Shown one piece after another: positions 1 through 10,446 of a stretch of 64,000 nucleotides of DNA (within the stretch, counting starts at the first letter, position 1; each line of letters begins with the position of its first letter). The DNA lies in assembly GCA_964199315.1 (NCBI GenBank), contig OZ116711.1, positions 7,378,001-7,442,000 on the forward strand, in the 5' to 3' direction. The DNA is from Orbicella franksi (taxonomy: Eukaryota). The notes beneath the pieces were generated by a model, which ran no database searches, was not told the origin of the DNA, and saw nothing but the letters and a program-made list of their open reading frames with translations. A program made the translations under genes and the position numbers.

Positions 1-1290
1 TAATAACTTTTTATGTAATAGCTTGGTACATTTTGTGTGAATTTCAAAATGTAAAACTCTCACGTAAAACTTCATCTCTTGATGGTAAAATCCCATCTCT
101 TCAACGGGTGAAAAAAGAATGATGTCAAACATCGGCCATGTTAGTCTAATATGGCCACCCTCTTGAAACGAAGTGCAACTTTTCTGGTCTAATAACTTTT
201 TATGTAGTAGCTTGGTAAATTTTGTGTGGATTTCAAGATGTAAAACTCTCACGTAAAACTTCATCTCTTAATGGTAGAATCCCATCTCTTAAACGGGTGA
301 AAAAAAGAATGATGTCAAACATCGGCCATGTTAGTCTAATATGGCCAAACTCTTGAAACGAAGTGCAACTTTTCTGGTCTAATAACTTTTTATGTAGTAG
401 CTTGGTAAATTTTGTGTGGATTTCAAGACGTAAAACTGTCATGTAAAACTTCATCTCTTAATGGTAGAATTCCATCTCTTCAACGGGTGAAAAAAAGAAT
501 GATGTCAAACCTTGGCCATGTTAGTATAATATTGCCACCATCTTGAAACGAAGTGCAACTTTTCTGGTCTAATAACTTTTTATTTAGTAGTTTGGTAGTT
601 TTTGCGTGAATGTTAAAATATAAAACTGTCATCTGAAAGTTCATCTGTCGATGGTAAAATCCCATCTCATCAACGGGTGAAAAAAAGAATGATAGGAATC
701 ATCGGCCATGTTAGGCTAATATGGCTGCCATCTTGAAACGAAATGCAACTTTTCTGGTCTAATAACTTTTTATGTAGTAGCTTAGTAGTTTTTAAGTGAA
801 TATTAAGATATAAAACTGTCACCTAAAACTTCATCTCTCAATGTTAAAACGCTATGTCTTCAGCGGGTGAAAAAAACGGATGATGTCAAACAACGGCCAT
901 GCATGTGAGTCTAATATGGCTGCCATCTTGAAACGAAGTGCAACTTTTCTGGTGTAACAACTTTTTATGTAGTAGCTTGGTAGTTTTTGTGTGAATATCA
1001 AGGTTTAAAAGTGTCATCTAAAACTTCATCTTTCGAGTATAGAATTTCTTCTCGTTAGCGGGTGAAAAAGACGATGATGTCAAACATCGGCCATGTTAGT
1101 CTAATACGGGCGTCATTTTAAAATGAAATTCAACAGCTCAGGTCTAATAACGTTTTTCTTAATACATTGCTAATTTTTTTTATTTACATCAAGACAGTGT
1201 ACTGTCGCCTGGAACTTCATCTGTCGATATTAGAATCCCATATTTTTGACGGGTTGAAAAGAGGATAAAGTCCAAACAGCAGCCTTGTTA
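1..1290. repeat. ~190-bp tandem satellite, about 7 copies, decaying rightwards and running off the left edge
   Basis: Anchor motif tAATAACTTTTTATGTA recurs at 1, 190, 380, 570, 760, ~955 and 1145. The short ORFs 233-454 and 480-665 are repeat translations. Confidence 0.95.
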
Positions 1291-1384
1291 GTCTACTTAG
1301 TAAATGACTATGTTCAGGTTCCATTCAATTTCAAGGTTATATTAATGTGACCAAAATAACTCAAAATACCGTGACTGAGCTCCT
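1290..1384. mobile_element. Right half of a TTAA-flanked AGGAGCT-terminus MITE (Kolobok/T2-like)
   Basis: Ends ACCGTGACTGAGCTCCT|TTAA and matches the subterminal sequence of full copies at 17560, 22297 and 32447. Confidence 0.8.
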
Positions 1385-1452
1385 TTAAGGTTTTGTTCTT
1401 TGAATACGTATGAAAATTTCTCAAATGGAAACGGGACTCACGTTTAAATATT

Positions 1453-1688
1453 AATAGGAACTTCAGATTTGAGAACGAGTACGAGATCGAGTACGAGAAC
1501 GACTTTTTAATTCTAGTTTGCAGGCTTCACATTATCACGTCACATACCCATCTCATCCCATGAGCTACCCTCTCTGCCTAAAACCAGCATGAAGAACTAG
1601 GGCTCTGGAAACGTCACTGGTTTGAACTTCGAAAATCGAACTCGTACTTAGTTTCGTGTTCGTATTCCAATGTAAAGGTCTCTAATAG
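1453..1688. mobile_element. Non-autonomous TIR element (MITE)
   Basis: Imperfect inverted ends: ATAGGAACTTCAGATTTGAGAACGAGTACGAG and CTCGTAC...CCAATGTAAAGGTCTCTAAT. Confidence 0.55.
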
Positions 1689-2450
1689 CACCCACATGAT
1701 CTCCCAAACGTACAACAAAATCTACTTGGAGCAAATGCACAGTTTCAAAACGTGCTCAAAGAGCTCTAGACTTCCAAAATTGTTTAGAGAAAAGTGTAAA
1801 AGCGCGTTTTCCTGTTTGGATTGATAACCGTCTGTTTGGAGTGATAACCGTCCTGTCAATCAACAGCATGACATGTGTCCAGGTCTAGCTTGCCTGATAG
1901 TTTTTCTTCTTGCCCAGATCTCTATGGCGCAAGAATTCTTTCCCGTACCAGAACGGAATTTGGGTTCGAGACAATAATGCCATTTTCAAAAGACGTCAGC
2001 AAATGTATTAAGTGAACCTTTTAAAAAACTTTCCTATTAATGAAAGCGTTTTTTACTGTTCCAGCTTTTCCTTTCCCTGGCGTGATGTTATTAGCCTCCA
2101 GACTTCGCGCGGCCATCACCATCAAGGTGGCCAGATTTTTCTCCGCCTATCACTCACTGAGGAGACATAGAGGACAAAGGCAAGTAGTCTTAATTTGTTA
2201 GCAGAGACTAAAAGATAGAAGTAACAGGCCTGAAATTTTAGGTGTCCTAAAGCCAAAACTCAGAAACAGTTTTCCTTATCCTTGGTCTTTCATGGAACAG
2301 CCAACAATAAGAAATCTGATCAAATTCACGAATGTTCAAAAGAAAACAATAAGCGCTAGCCGCTTATCTCAATCATACCAACATGGAAGTTAGTGTGTAG
2401 CGTTACCAATTCTTATCAGTAGTTTAAAGGAAGTTTTTATGGTCTGGACT

Positions 2451-2936
2451 TCATTTCGGACGAGGAAAAGTACGCGCATGCCGTCCATAACCATCATAAG
2501 ACATTCTCCTGTGGATGTCATCATAATCATCACTGCGCTCATCATTAAAACCCAGGCTGGGTACCTTGTGCTGGCTTGGATCCCTGTACTGGCTAGGATC
2601 TTTCTCCTGTATGTGCCTGTAATCGTCTTCATTTAGAATTCGTTCCCGTGGCCACATATCCATCTGTACCTGGTGCCGAGGCTCTCTCATTCTCATTTTC
2701 TTAAGAGTGAAGTTAAGCTTAGCTGCTTTATCGGACAACACTGTACATGACTTGGTCTCTGGTTCAAATCCTTTGGCGGAAACCGTGATCTCATAGGACC
2801 CTGGGACTAGCAAACGCCAAAAGTCTCCGTCACGCGATGAAAATACGTCATGACGACGGTTTGCAACAGTAATCCTCGCTCCATCGATTGGTTGGTCGTC
2901 TTCATCCTTTATAAACCCGTTCACACCTGAGTGAAC
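2451..2936 (-). CDS. Carboxypeptidase paralog 1 exon 2 (transthyretin-like domain plus polar tail)
   Basis: Acceptor TTAG|GTTCAC; VHSGVNGFIKD...[12 protein letters not shown]...LNFTL; TGA at 2451. Confidence 0.9.
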   Translation of the reverse strand, partial: VHSGVNGFIKDEDDQPIDGARITVANRRHDVFSSRDGDFWRLLVPGSYEITVSAKGFEPETKSCTVLSDKAAKLNFTLKKMRMREPRHQVQMDMWPRERILNEDDYRHIQEKDPSQYRDPSQHKVPSLGFNDERSDDYDDIHRRMSYDGYGRHARTFPRPK

Positions 2937-4551
2937 CTAACAGAAGGAGAATAAACATTACTATGTCATCTGATTTGTACGTAACTTGACATGAAAATAG
3001 TACTAAATAACGTCGATTAAGCATGTTACCGAAAAACGTTATTCGTAGACAAGCTAGAAAAAGGTCGACAAATGTCGGCGTTTCGAAACAATCAGAAGCC
3101 CAGATATCGCTTAAAAACCCTGCCCTGAAGTTTCCCCTTTAAAACTCGCGCCAATCCCCTGCCTTTTGCTTATCACTGCGGACTGATGTAAACATAGGAG
3201 CGACATTTGGCGTTTGAAGGAAGCCTCTCTCAAATTCCTTTTTTTGGGTTTCTCATGTAATGCTTACTTCAAACTCACGATCCTGTAGGAGACATTATGA
3301 AATGAAATTTCTATCTTAAGACTTACACGCTTACCACTCCAGTATTGTTCAATTTACCTGCTCAATATACTTCAGAAGTGCCTCTTTGTTTTCCCTCCAA
3401 TACTCCGGTAACTCAGTCGCATTAGGAAACTTCTGGCAGCCAAGTTCAAGCGTTATATCAAAGCAGTTCGAGTGCACGTAGTTGTAATCTTGCATTCCCC
3501 CTGACACACTGAACCACTTGGCGCCATTTGTTATCCCGTCTATGAAATGCTCTCGGGGGATGTCTTTACATTTCCAAGGGGCATTTGCGAGGTGCATTGT
3601 GGGATGGGCTTCTGAATAAGAGCGCGCCAATTGTCTGAACACGTCATCATCCGGGGTAGCACTGTACACGCTCTGTCCCGAGGGATTATCATCATACGGG
3701 TAATTTGCCACAAGTGCTCCACTGTGCAAACTCGCTGACAGCACAAAGGGAATAGAATTGATCCATTTCATGACCGCCCGTGTTTCCGGTTGAGGTGCTC
3801 CGTTAGTGCTTGGGAAAAATTGATCCGGGAAATTACGATTCAAGTCGATCCCGTTCGCGTTAGATCGACTTGACTTCCACTCTTCGTCTGAAAAGGTGGC
3901 GGCCATTTCATATCCATCCGGATTCATGCTCGGCATAATATGTATCCTTGTCGTGTCTATGATGTTGGTAACCCTGGGATTAACACCGTAGTTTTTGCAC
4001 AGGTATTTTATCAGGTGAAGTAACATCTCCCGTCCTATCGCTTCATCCCCGTGCATATTAGCAACGTACTTAAACTCCGGTTCCCCCGGTTCGTGTTTCC
4101 CTGGGTTATTGGAAATTTCCATGACCCACAGTTTGCGGTTTTGTACCGAGATACCGATGTCATACAAGTGCGCTATTTTGCTGTACTTTCTTGAATAATC
4201 CTTCAGTAGCCATGTCATTTCTTCATAGTTATGATGTCTAAAGCTGATATTCTTCTCATGTATTTCTTCTTTGGCATCGTTTTCTAATTCCTTTGGAGTT
4301 GTTCCGGTGACTACTTGGTTATGCTCCTTGAAATCGTCTCTTGCAACGTCCAGTTTGTGCTTGATGTCTTTGACGCCTGCAAAAGGTTCTTTCTTGTTGT
4401 TTGAAGACTTAGTCCGGGCGGATTCGGTTTCATGTTTATTTTCTTTGGCAAAAGATATCTTTTTAGCTGCTTTGTCGGGTGGCTTTCCCAAGGCAGAAAG
4501 TACCAAGCCTTGTAGAACCAAACAAAGTGCTAGGAGCTTCAGATGAGGCAT
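2451..4551 (-). CDS. Gene model: secreted M14B metallocarboxypeptidase (CPD/CPE/CPM-like), paralog 1; 2 exons, 559 aa
   Basis: Signal peptide MPHLKLLALCLVLQGLVLSALG. Motifs [35 protein letters not shown] and ITLELGC, then a transthyretin-like domain. Exons 4551-3358 and 2936-2451, phase 0. Confidence 0.92.
3358..4551 (-). CDS. Carboxypeptidase paralog 1 exon 1 (signal peptide, charged extension, whole catalytic domain)
   Basis: ORF 3349-4617 with the ATG at 4551 preceding the hydrophobic signal; donor CAG|GTAAAT. Confidence 0.92.
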
Positions 4552-5564
4552 AATTGATGTGCTCCTTGTTCTGATATCCAGCTGAAATGTCTGACAGTTT
4601 CGGTGAACACTGATCAATTTAGAGTTTGTTCATCGCTTCTGACATCACTAAAGGAGTGGTTAATAGCCTACCACACCTTTAAACATTTTAGTTATGATCT
4701 TTACCTTGTGCATCGCATCACTTCTACGAACGGCTAACCATTAGTGAACGATCGTGGTCGTGTTCAGCAATAACAGTTGAACAATAATTTACTTATTTAC
4801 TTGAATTAACACTATATCGATATCAAACCAAAGTATAGCTTTGCAGCTTAGTAAAAATATATTTTATTGCTTTTCAAGGAGTGTTTTTGTATAGCAACGC
4901 GGAATAGAAGTCCATGATCTGTTAACTAAGAGATTTTAAGTGCATTGGTTAGCCGGCCACCTGTTTTGAAGCGACAGGTAACAAAGTTACCTGCTCAGCA
5001 CCTTTGAACGCCAAATTTTGTTGAATAATCGTTTTTAAACGTGGATTTGTAATTCTTAATTTTTCCTAAACGTTTCTTAAAAAGCGTTTCCAATGATTTG
5101 CGCATACAATAACTAATTTATTTATTTATTTATTTAGAGTAAACATTTGCGACTAAACCTGTTTGTTTGATTTGTTTGATGAAGTACTGTTCAAATAAGC
5201 GAAAATTATGTTAAGACCAGTTAAAGTTTATTCTTCAGTGGAAATACAATGCGGCAGAAATGTTTGAAAATACAAGTGCAGTCTCAGTTTCTGTTGCACC
5301 AGATCGAGGAGATGGTTGTTGTAAAATGCGTAAACACTATAAATTACTTCTACGGCAAATAATTGTTTATCGCTTAACCACACCCAGTGAAAGGATAACA
5401 GCTAAATAAAGCGACTGAAAAAAGTTTTATCGATGACTGTCAGTTTATGGACAAATGATCTAATTGTCATATTAGACGGATTAAATTTCACAGTGAAAGT
5501 TGTTTGACCGCTCGAGATTTTAGGCGAAATATTTTATTGTCTGGCCGGTCGAAGAAACGTTAAA
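4552..5564. promoter_or_regulatory. Putative bidirectional promoter between the two carboxypeptidase genes
   Basis: 1013 bp between divergent start codons; no transcription start site data. Confidence 0.5.
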
Positions 5565-6365
5565 ATGTATCGCTTCTCGACTTTTGTAGTGTGTGGCATA
5601 ATTTTAACTTCGCACTTTGCAAACAGCAATCCTTTAATTAAGAAAGTTTTAGACATGATTCACGGCGGGGACCAAAAAGAATCAACTCACGACGAAAAGA
5701 GGAAGAGCGTCGACATTTTGAATGTCAATGAATTCAAGCACCATGATTATGAAGAGATGACATGGTTTTTGAAGTACTTTGCGCAGAAGTACTCAGACAT
5801 TGCTAGGCTGTACTCCATCGGTTATAGCGTACAAAACCGGAAGTTATGGGTTATGGAGATCTCCGACAATCCTGGTAAACACGAAGCTGGCGAACCGGAA
5901 ATCAAGTACATCGGGAATATTCACGGCAACGAAGCATTGGGTCGAGAACTGTTACTACAACTAATAAAGTACCTTTGCGAAAGTTACGAAAATGACCCTA
6001 AGATTAAGACCCTTGTCGACACAACTGGCATTCATATACTGCCAAGCATGAATCCAGATGGGTACGAGATGGCAGCGGTTCGCGGCAAGGGAAACAAGCT
6101 AGTCGGAAAGAGAAATGCTTACAGGGTGGACTTAAATCGCAACTTTCCGGATCAGTTTTTTCCCAGCACTACAGGCCCACCCCAGTCTGAAGTCAGGGCC
6201 GTAATGGAGTGGATCAAAACGTACCCATTTGTGTTATCTGCGAGCCTGCATAGCGGAGCCTTGGTCGCGCTTTACCCTTATGATGATTCTCCCTCAGGAC
6301 AGAGCCTGTACAGCGCTACACCTGATGATGACGTTTTTAGACATTTGGCCAAGACATACTCACAG
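5565..6365 (+). CDS. Carboxypeptidase paralog 2 exon 1
   Basis: Signal peptide [21 protein letters not shown]; N-terminal catalytic part; donor CAG|GTGCCT, phase 0. Confidence 0.92.
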
Positions 6366-9300
6366 GTGCCTTGTTGTTACTTGTTATTTTGGTGATTACA
6401 ACAAGAAATGGAAAATTGAAGGACTTTTAGGGCTAAAGTTTTAGGGACTCGCACAAGACAATTAGAGTTGGGCCCCAAAACAGTCCCTTTATAATTACTC
6501 CTATAGGATATTGACTAGTTCAGACGATTCTGTTACGTATAAGGCTCTTGAAATTGAATGTCACTATTAGTTTGAAACGGTAAAACAACTTCTCACATGT
6601 AGTAAGAAAGAAAAATTGAAACTTGAACACGATTTCGAACAATTTGAATGTAAACCATTTTTAATACTTAAAAACAACTTCATATATTGGTTACCACTGG
6701 AAAATAACTTTCACTGTTATATTAATGTTCAGAATCGGAAATTTGTCGAAAATATTTTACTCTTGAAGTGGAAAAAGTTAGTGAGAAGTTTCTGGTATCC
6801 GCGCGCCATTTTGGATTTTATGACGTCACACCAGTGCCCCTTTTCTTTAGAAAGAAAAATATTTGAAGAACTTAGCTTTCTTAAAATCTGGAGATAGCCG
6901 AAGGCTTAAAGGAGCTTAGTCACAATATTTTGAGTCATTTTGACCATGTACAAAATTCCTTTAAATTAAAGGAAACCTGAAAACAAAAGTTAAAAAAGAT
7001 AGAAAAACACCAAAGAGATAATAATAAAACACAAAGGAACAAGGATGGTTAGGATGGAGAAGATTAACACGGATTACAAAAGACAAACTTGAAAAATTTA
7101 AGCGCAAACCGTGGCGTAGCTCCTTTAAATCAAAATTTCAAATTGGAATATACCATTTGCATAAAAATACAGCATGTTACACTAACGAACATTCATAAAA
7201 CTACCCCTTGGAAAAAATTAAATTTTCACGACTTCCTTCTTTCAAAAGTCTGATTCCTTATTTGTGTCCTAGGAACATCCCGTGATGCATTTGGCCAACC
7301 CCAAGTGGAATTGCACAGACCAAAAGGAAGAGCACTTTATAGACGGCATCACGAACGGTGCCAGCTGGTCCAGCCTGTCAGGAGGCATGCAGGATTATAA
7401 CTATGTTCACTCCAACTGCTTTGAAATCACGCTAGAGCTAGGCTGCGATAGATTTCCTAAAAGCAGCGACTTAGAGAAGTACTGGCTCGATAACAAAAAG
7501 GCTCTTGTCGAGTTTGCACAGCAGGTAGGAAGTTGCTCTTAATTCTATTTTTTATATCTCGAAAGCATATATAAGCCAGCACTCGCAATTAAAGGGATTG
7601 TATAGACAATGCTCGCAAGAATCAAAGAAACTCGATACTTAGAAACATGAGAAGCGAAAAGTCGACCAGGAAACTAGTAATATATCACGTGGCTATCTCC
7701 AAGAGCAGGCAAGATATGACTGGTCGACCGATCGGACAAGATGGAGCCCTCGTATAGCGCGAACATTGGAGGTGCGGGAGAGGGTTCATGCATGATGGCC
7801 AATTCCCTTTCTGAGATGCACCTGCAGGGAATCATGGTAGTTGTATTCATCATCTAGGACTGGATATTTATTTTGATGGACACAATTACCATGGTTCTCT
7901 GCAGGCACTTCTCAGAGAGGGAAATGGCTATTACCGAAAAGTGTTAATAGACCGTCAAAATATCAATTTGTTGCTTTTAATTACAATATATCAAGCATCT
8001 CGGTTATGATCAGTTCGTTCTTATGTCTGTGATCTATTTACTCAGCGCCCATGAATTTCTTTTGTGAAAAATGTTGAATTCAGGTCATTTAAATTGTGTC
8101 TTAGGTACATTATGGCGTGAGTGGATTTGTTAAAAACAACCAAGGTGAGCCTCTCTCTGACGCGACCATTAGCGTCGCAGATCGTCGTCATGACGTCACT
8201 ACGTCAAAGGAAGGAGACTACTGGCGCCTGCTAGTTCCAGGCTCCTATGAAATCACGGCCAGAGCAAAAGGCTACCAACCTAAGACACATTTGGTGGAGT
8301 TACGCGCTTCTGAAGGAAAAGTCCTAAATTTTACGCTAAAACCAACTCAGGAAGACGGAACAAAACTGTCACTTGTGGCAGGAGAAGATGAATTGTTAGA
8401 CCGTGTCATGGTAAGCTCAAAAAATGCCTGTATATTCCTCATTGATTCTTAACCCTTCCTTTCTTATAACATAATTAAGACCCCATTCAAACCGACTAAA
8501 CTAGTTTAACTAAATCAAGTTTAGGTTTTTTCATTTGTTGATTACGCTTTGCAGTCATTTTTAGAAGACAAATTTCATACCACCTTGCTAACATATTTTA
8601 ATCAAACATGTTTTTACCTGGTTAAGTTGTGTGGTGTGTGAACGGTACGAGCAACTAAGTTTTAACCTAGTTTAGTTAAACCACTTTTACTAGTAAACAT
8701 ATTTAAGAGAGACAGGGTTAATAATTAAAATTATTTTAAGGCCGGTCGAATATTTTATCAGATTGGGGGGGGGGGGGGGGGAGGGGGGAGGGAGAATCTA
8801 CAGGTCTTTTTGATATCATAAAGTAGGCTTATAAAGCACTTATCAACCAAGCTAACTTTGGTCGTATTTTATATCAACCCGGCCCTGACATTCGGAACAC
8901 TTCCTTTTGGAGGGAGTACTTTCGTTGGTGGATAGGCGTTGTTTCACTGAAGGTTACTGTGTGTATCACTTGTTACACAGACTGGAAGCTACATAACCGA
9001 TGAAACCAGAGATCCGAGGGAACATCTAATACAAATAAGTCATAATGACAGAGACGAACAGTCGTTTAAAAGACACATCCTACACCCTGGGCTCGACGAC
9101 AGGTATGCTAGCTTTTAAAATTCAGGAAATAAAAGGTTTTGATTGAGAAGGTAGGCTCGATTTATGCCACTCTGTCGAGTCCAGTTCATCCCAAAAAAGA
9201 GTTCGGTGGGGCGGTAAGGGGCGGGGGGAGGGGGGGGGGGAGGGGGAGTCCACACTAAACCGTCACGAAAACGGAGCTTTTTGAAAACGCTCTTCAAACC

Positions 9301-10446
9301 GGAGGAATTTGCAGGCGTCGGCTTTGCGTTTTAGTGTGGACGGAAAACGTTTCGAAAACGGAGCTTTTCGAAAACGATGACGTCCCGATAATCAGGTGAT
9401 TTCCCTGTCCTTCAGTTAGCTGTTTTTCAGTTAAGCTACGGAAATGTGGAAATAATTCCAAGGAGTGTCAAAAGCACAGTTGATGATTAAAACAAGGATT
9501 AATTAGTAAAATCGGTCTGTGATCCATATGAGGAGTCTCGAAAATGGACCAGAACAAGAAAGTTCAACACGAAATGGCAAGCTGGGTGTCCTTGATTACG
9601 TGATACCGAAAAAAAAAACCGTTTGGTTTGTGAATCGAAAACCATTGGGGAAATTTTTTGGGTGAAGGGGAGGTATCTTTCTGGGCCAGTGAAAATTTTA
9701 CCGGGCTAGTGAGTTCTGAGAGTCACTTGCCGAATGGCGAGTGCTGTGAAAATTTAGTTTTCAACTCTGTTATATTAACAGTCACGGTTCCCAGATGACC
9801 TTCCATACTTCATGTAACAATTTTTGTTTGATTTTCTGCTTGCTTGTATTTAAGGACCAGGTTGTCTCTCGAGAAAGAGCTACTTCACGAGGAAACTGCG
9901 AAGGGGAGTGGATCGATCGAGGAAAACAAAACAGACGATTCGTCAGGAGAAGGAGGAGGGAGTGGTGACGAGAACTCTTCACGTATCAAACAGGAACCGG
10001 ACAGACCTGTTATTATCCAGAAACCGGCTAAACTAGTCAAACCTGCCAGTGTTCAGACACCAGCTAAACTCAGCAGCAACAAAACTAATGCGAAACCTCT
10101 TAAACAGAACACTGTTCAAATTGAGAAGAAGCCGGCACCCGTGGAGGCGAAGAAAGATGTACCAATGAAAGTAGCCGTCACAGACAAGCGATTTTCCAAG
10201 CTAATTGGCTCGAACGTGGCGTGCCGTGTGGTTGGAAAGAAGGGCTTGAAGAATGGCAACCTAAGATGGGTGGGTCATTTACCTCTCTTGCCGTTAGATG
10301 ACGCGCATCTCATTGCCGGTGTGGAGTTGTTAACGGATGACAAACTGGGAACTGACGGTACATACCGTGGAGTGAGATACTTTAAGAGCTCACCGAAGCG
10401 TGGATATTTCTTCAGGCTGAAGGACTGTAAAGCTGTCAAGCATTAG
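5565..10446 (+). CDS. Gene model: secreted M14B carboxypeptidase paralog 2 with C-terminal CAP-Gly domain; 5 exons, 690 aa
   Basis: Exons 5565-6365, 7273-7524, 8105-8410, 8981-9102 and 9855-10446 total 2073 nt in frame. Motifs [22 protein letters not shown] and ITLELGC. Confidence 0.85.
6910..7124. mobile_element. Complete TTAA-flanked MITE (Kolobok/T2-like)
   Basis: TTAA|AGGAGCT ... AGCTCCT|TTAA, ~215 bp. Confidence 0.85.
7273..7524 (+). CDS. Carboxypeptidase paralog 2 exon 2
   Basis: TCCTAG|GAACAT; [12 protein letters not shown]...GGMQDYNY...ITLELGC; donor CAG|GTAGGA. Confidence 0.92.
8105..8410 (+). CDS. Carboxypeptidase paralog 2 exon 3 (transthyretin-like domain)
   Basis: TTAG|GTACAT; [10 protein letters not shown]...[12 protein letters not shown]; donor ATG|GTAAGC. 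Confidence 0.9.
8981..9102 (+). CDS. Carboxypeptidase paralog 2 exon 4 (linker)
   Basis: ACACAG|ACT...GACAG|GTATGC; open phase 0 to phase 2, bridging exons 3 and 5. Confidence 0.7.
9246..9415. mobile_element. Partial copy of the GTCCACAC/GAAAACG MITE family
   Basis: Matches the internal part of the full copy at 27904-28283. Confidence 0.75.
9855..10446 (+). CDS. Carboxypeptidase paralog 2 exon 5 (Ser-Gly/acidic and Lys/Pro-rich linker, CAP-Gly domain)
   Basis: TTTAAG|G, phase 2; GNLRWVG...IAGVELL...[12 protein letters not shown]...GYFFRLKDC is a CAP-Gly signature. Confidence 0.8.

Noticed and set aside
233-665. ORFs 233-454 and 480-665
   Set aside because: Translations of the 190-bp satellite unit.
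1-1290. CRISPR-like array
   Set aside because: Whole units repeat with no unique spacers; eukaryotic context and no cas genes.
2390-2636. ORFs 2390-2632 (-) and 2439-2636 (+)
   Set aside because: Alternate-frame or antisense shadows of carboxypeptidase exon 2.
4552-4617. Upstream start for carboxypeptidase 1 at 4617
   Set aside because: The ATG at 4551 directly precedes the signal peptide; the extension is polar and uses a non-ATG start.
8765-9246. Poly-G tracts as functional G-quadruplexes
   Set aside because: Similar G/C runs occur throughout the window (24275, 30729, 57585); no specific support.
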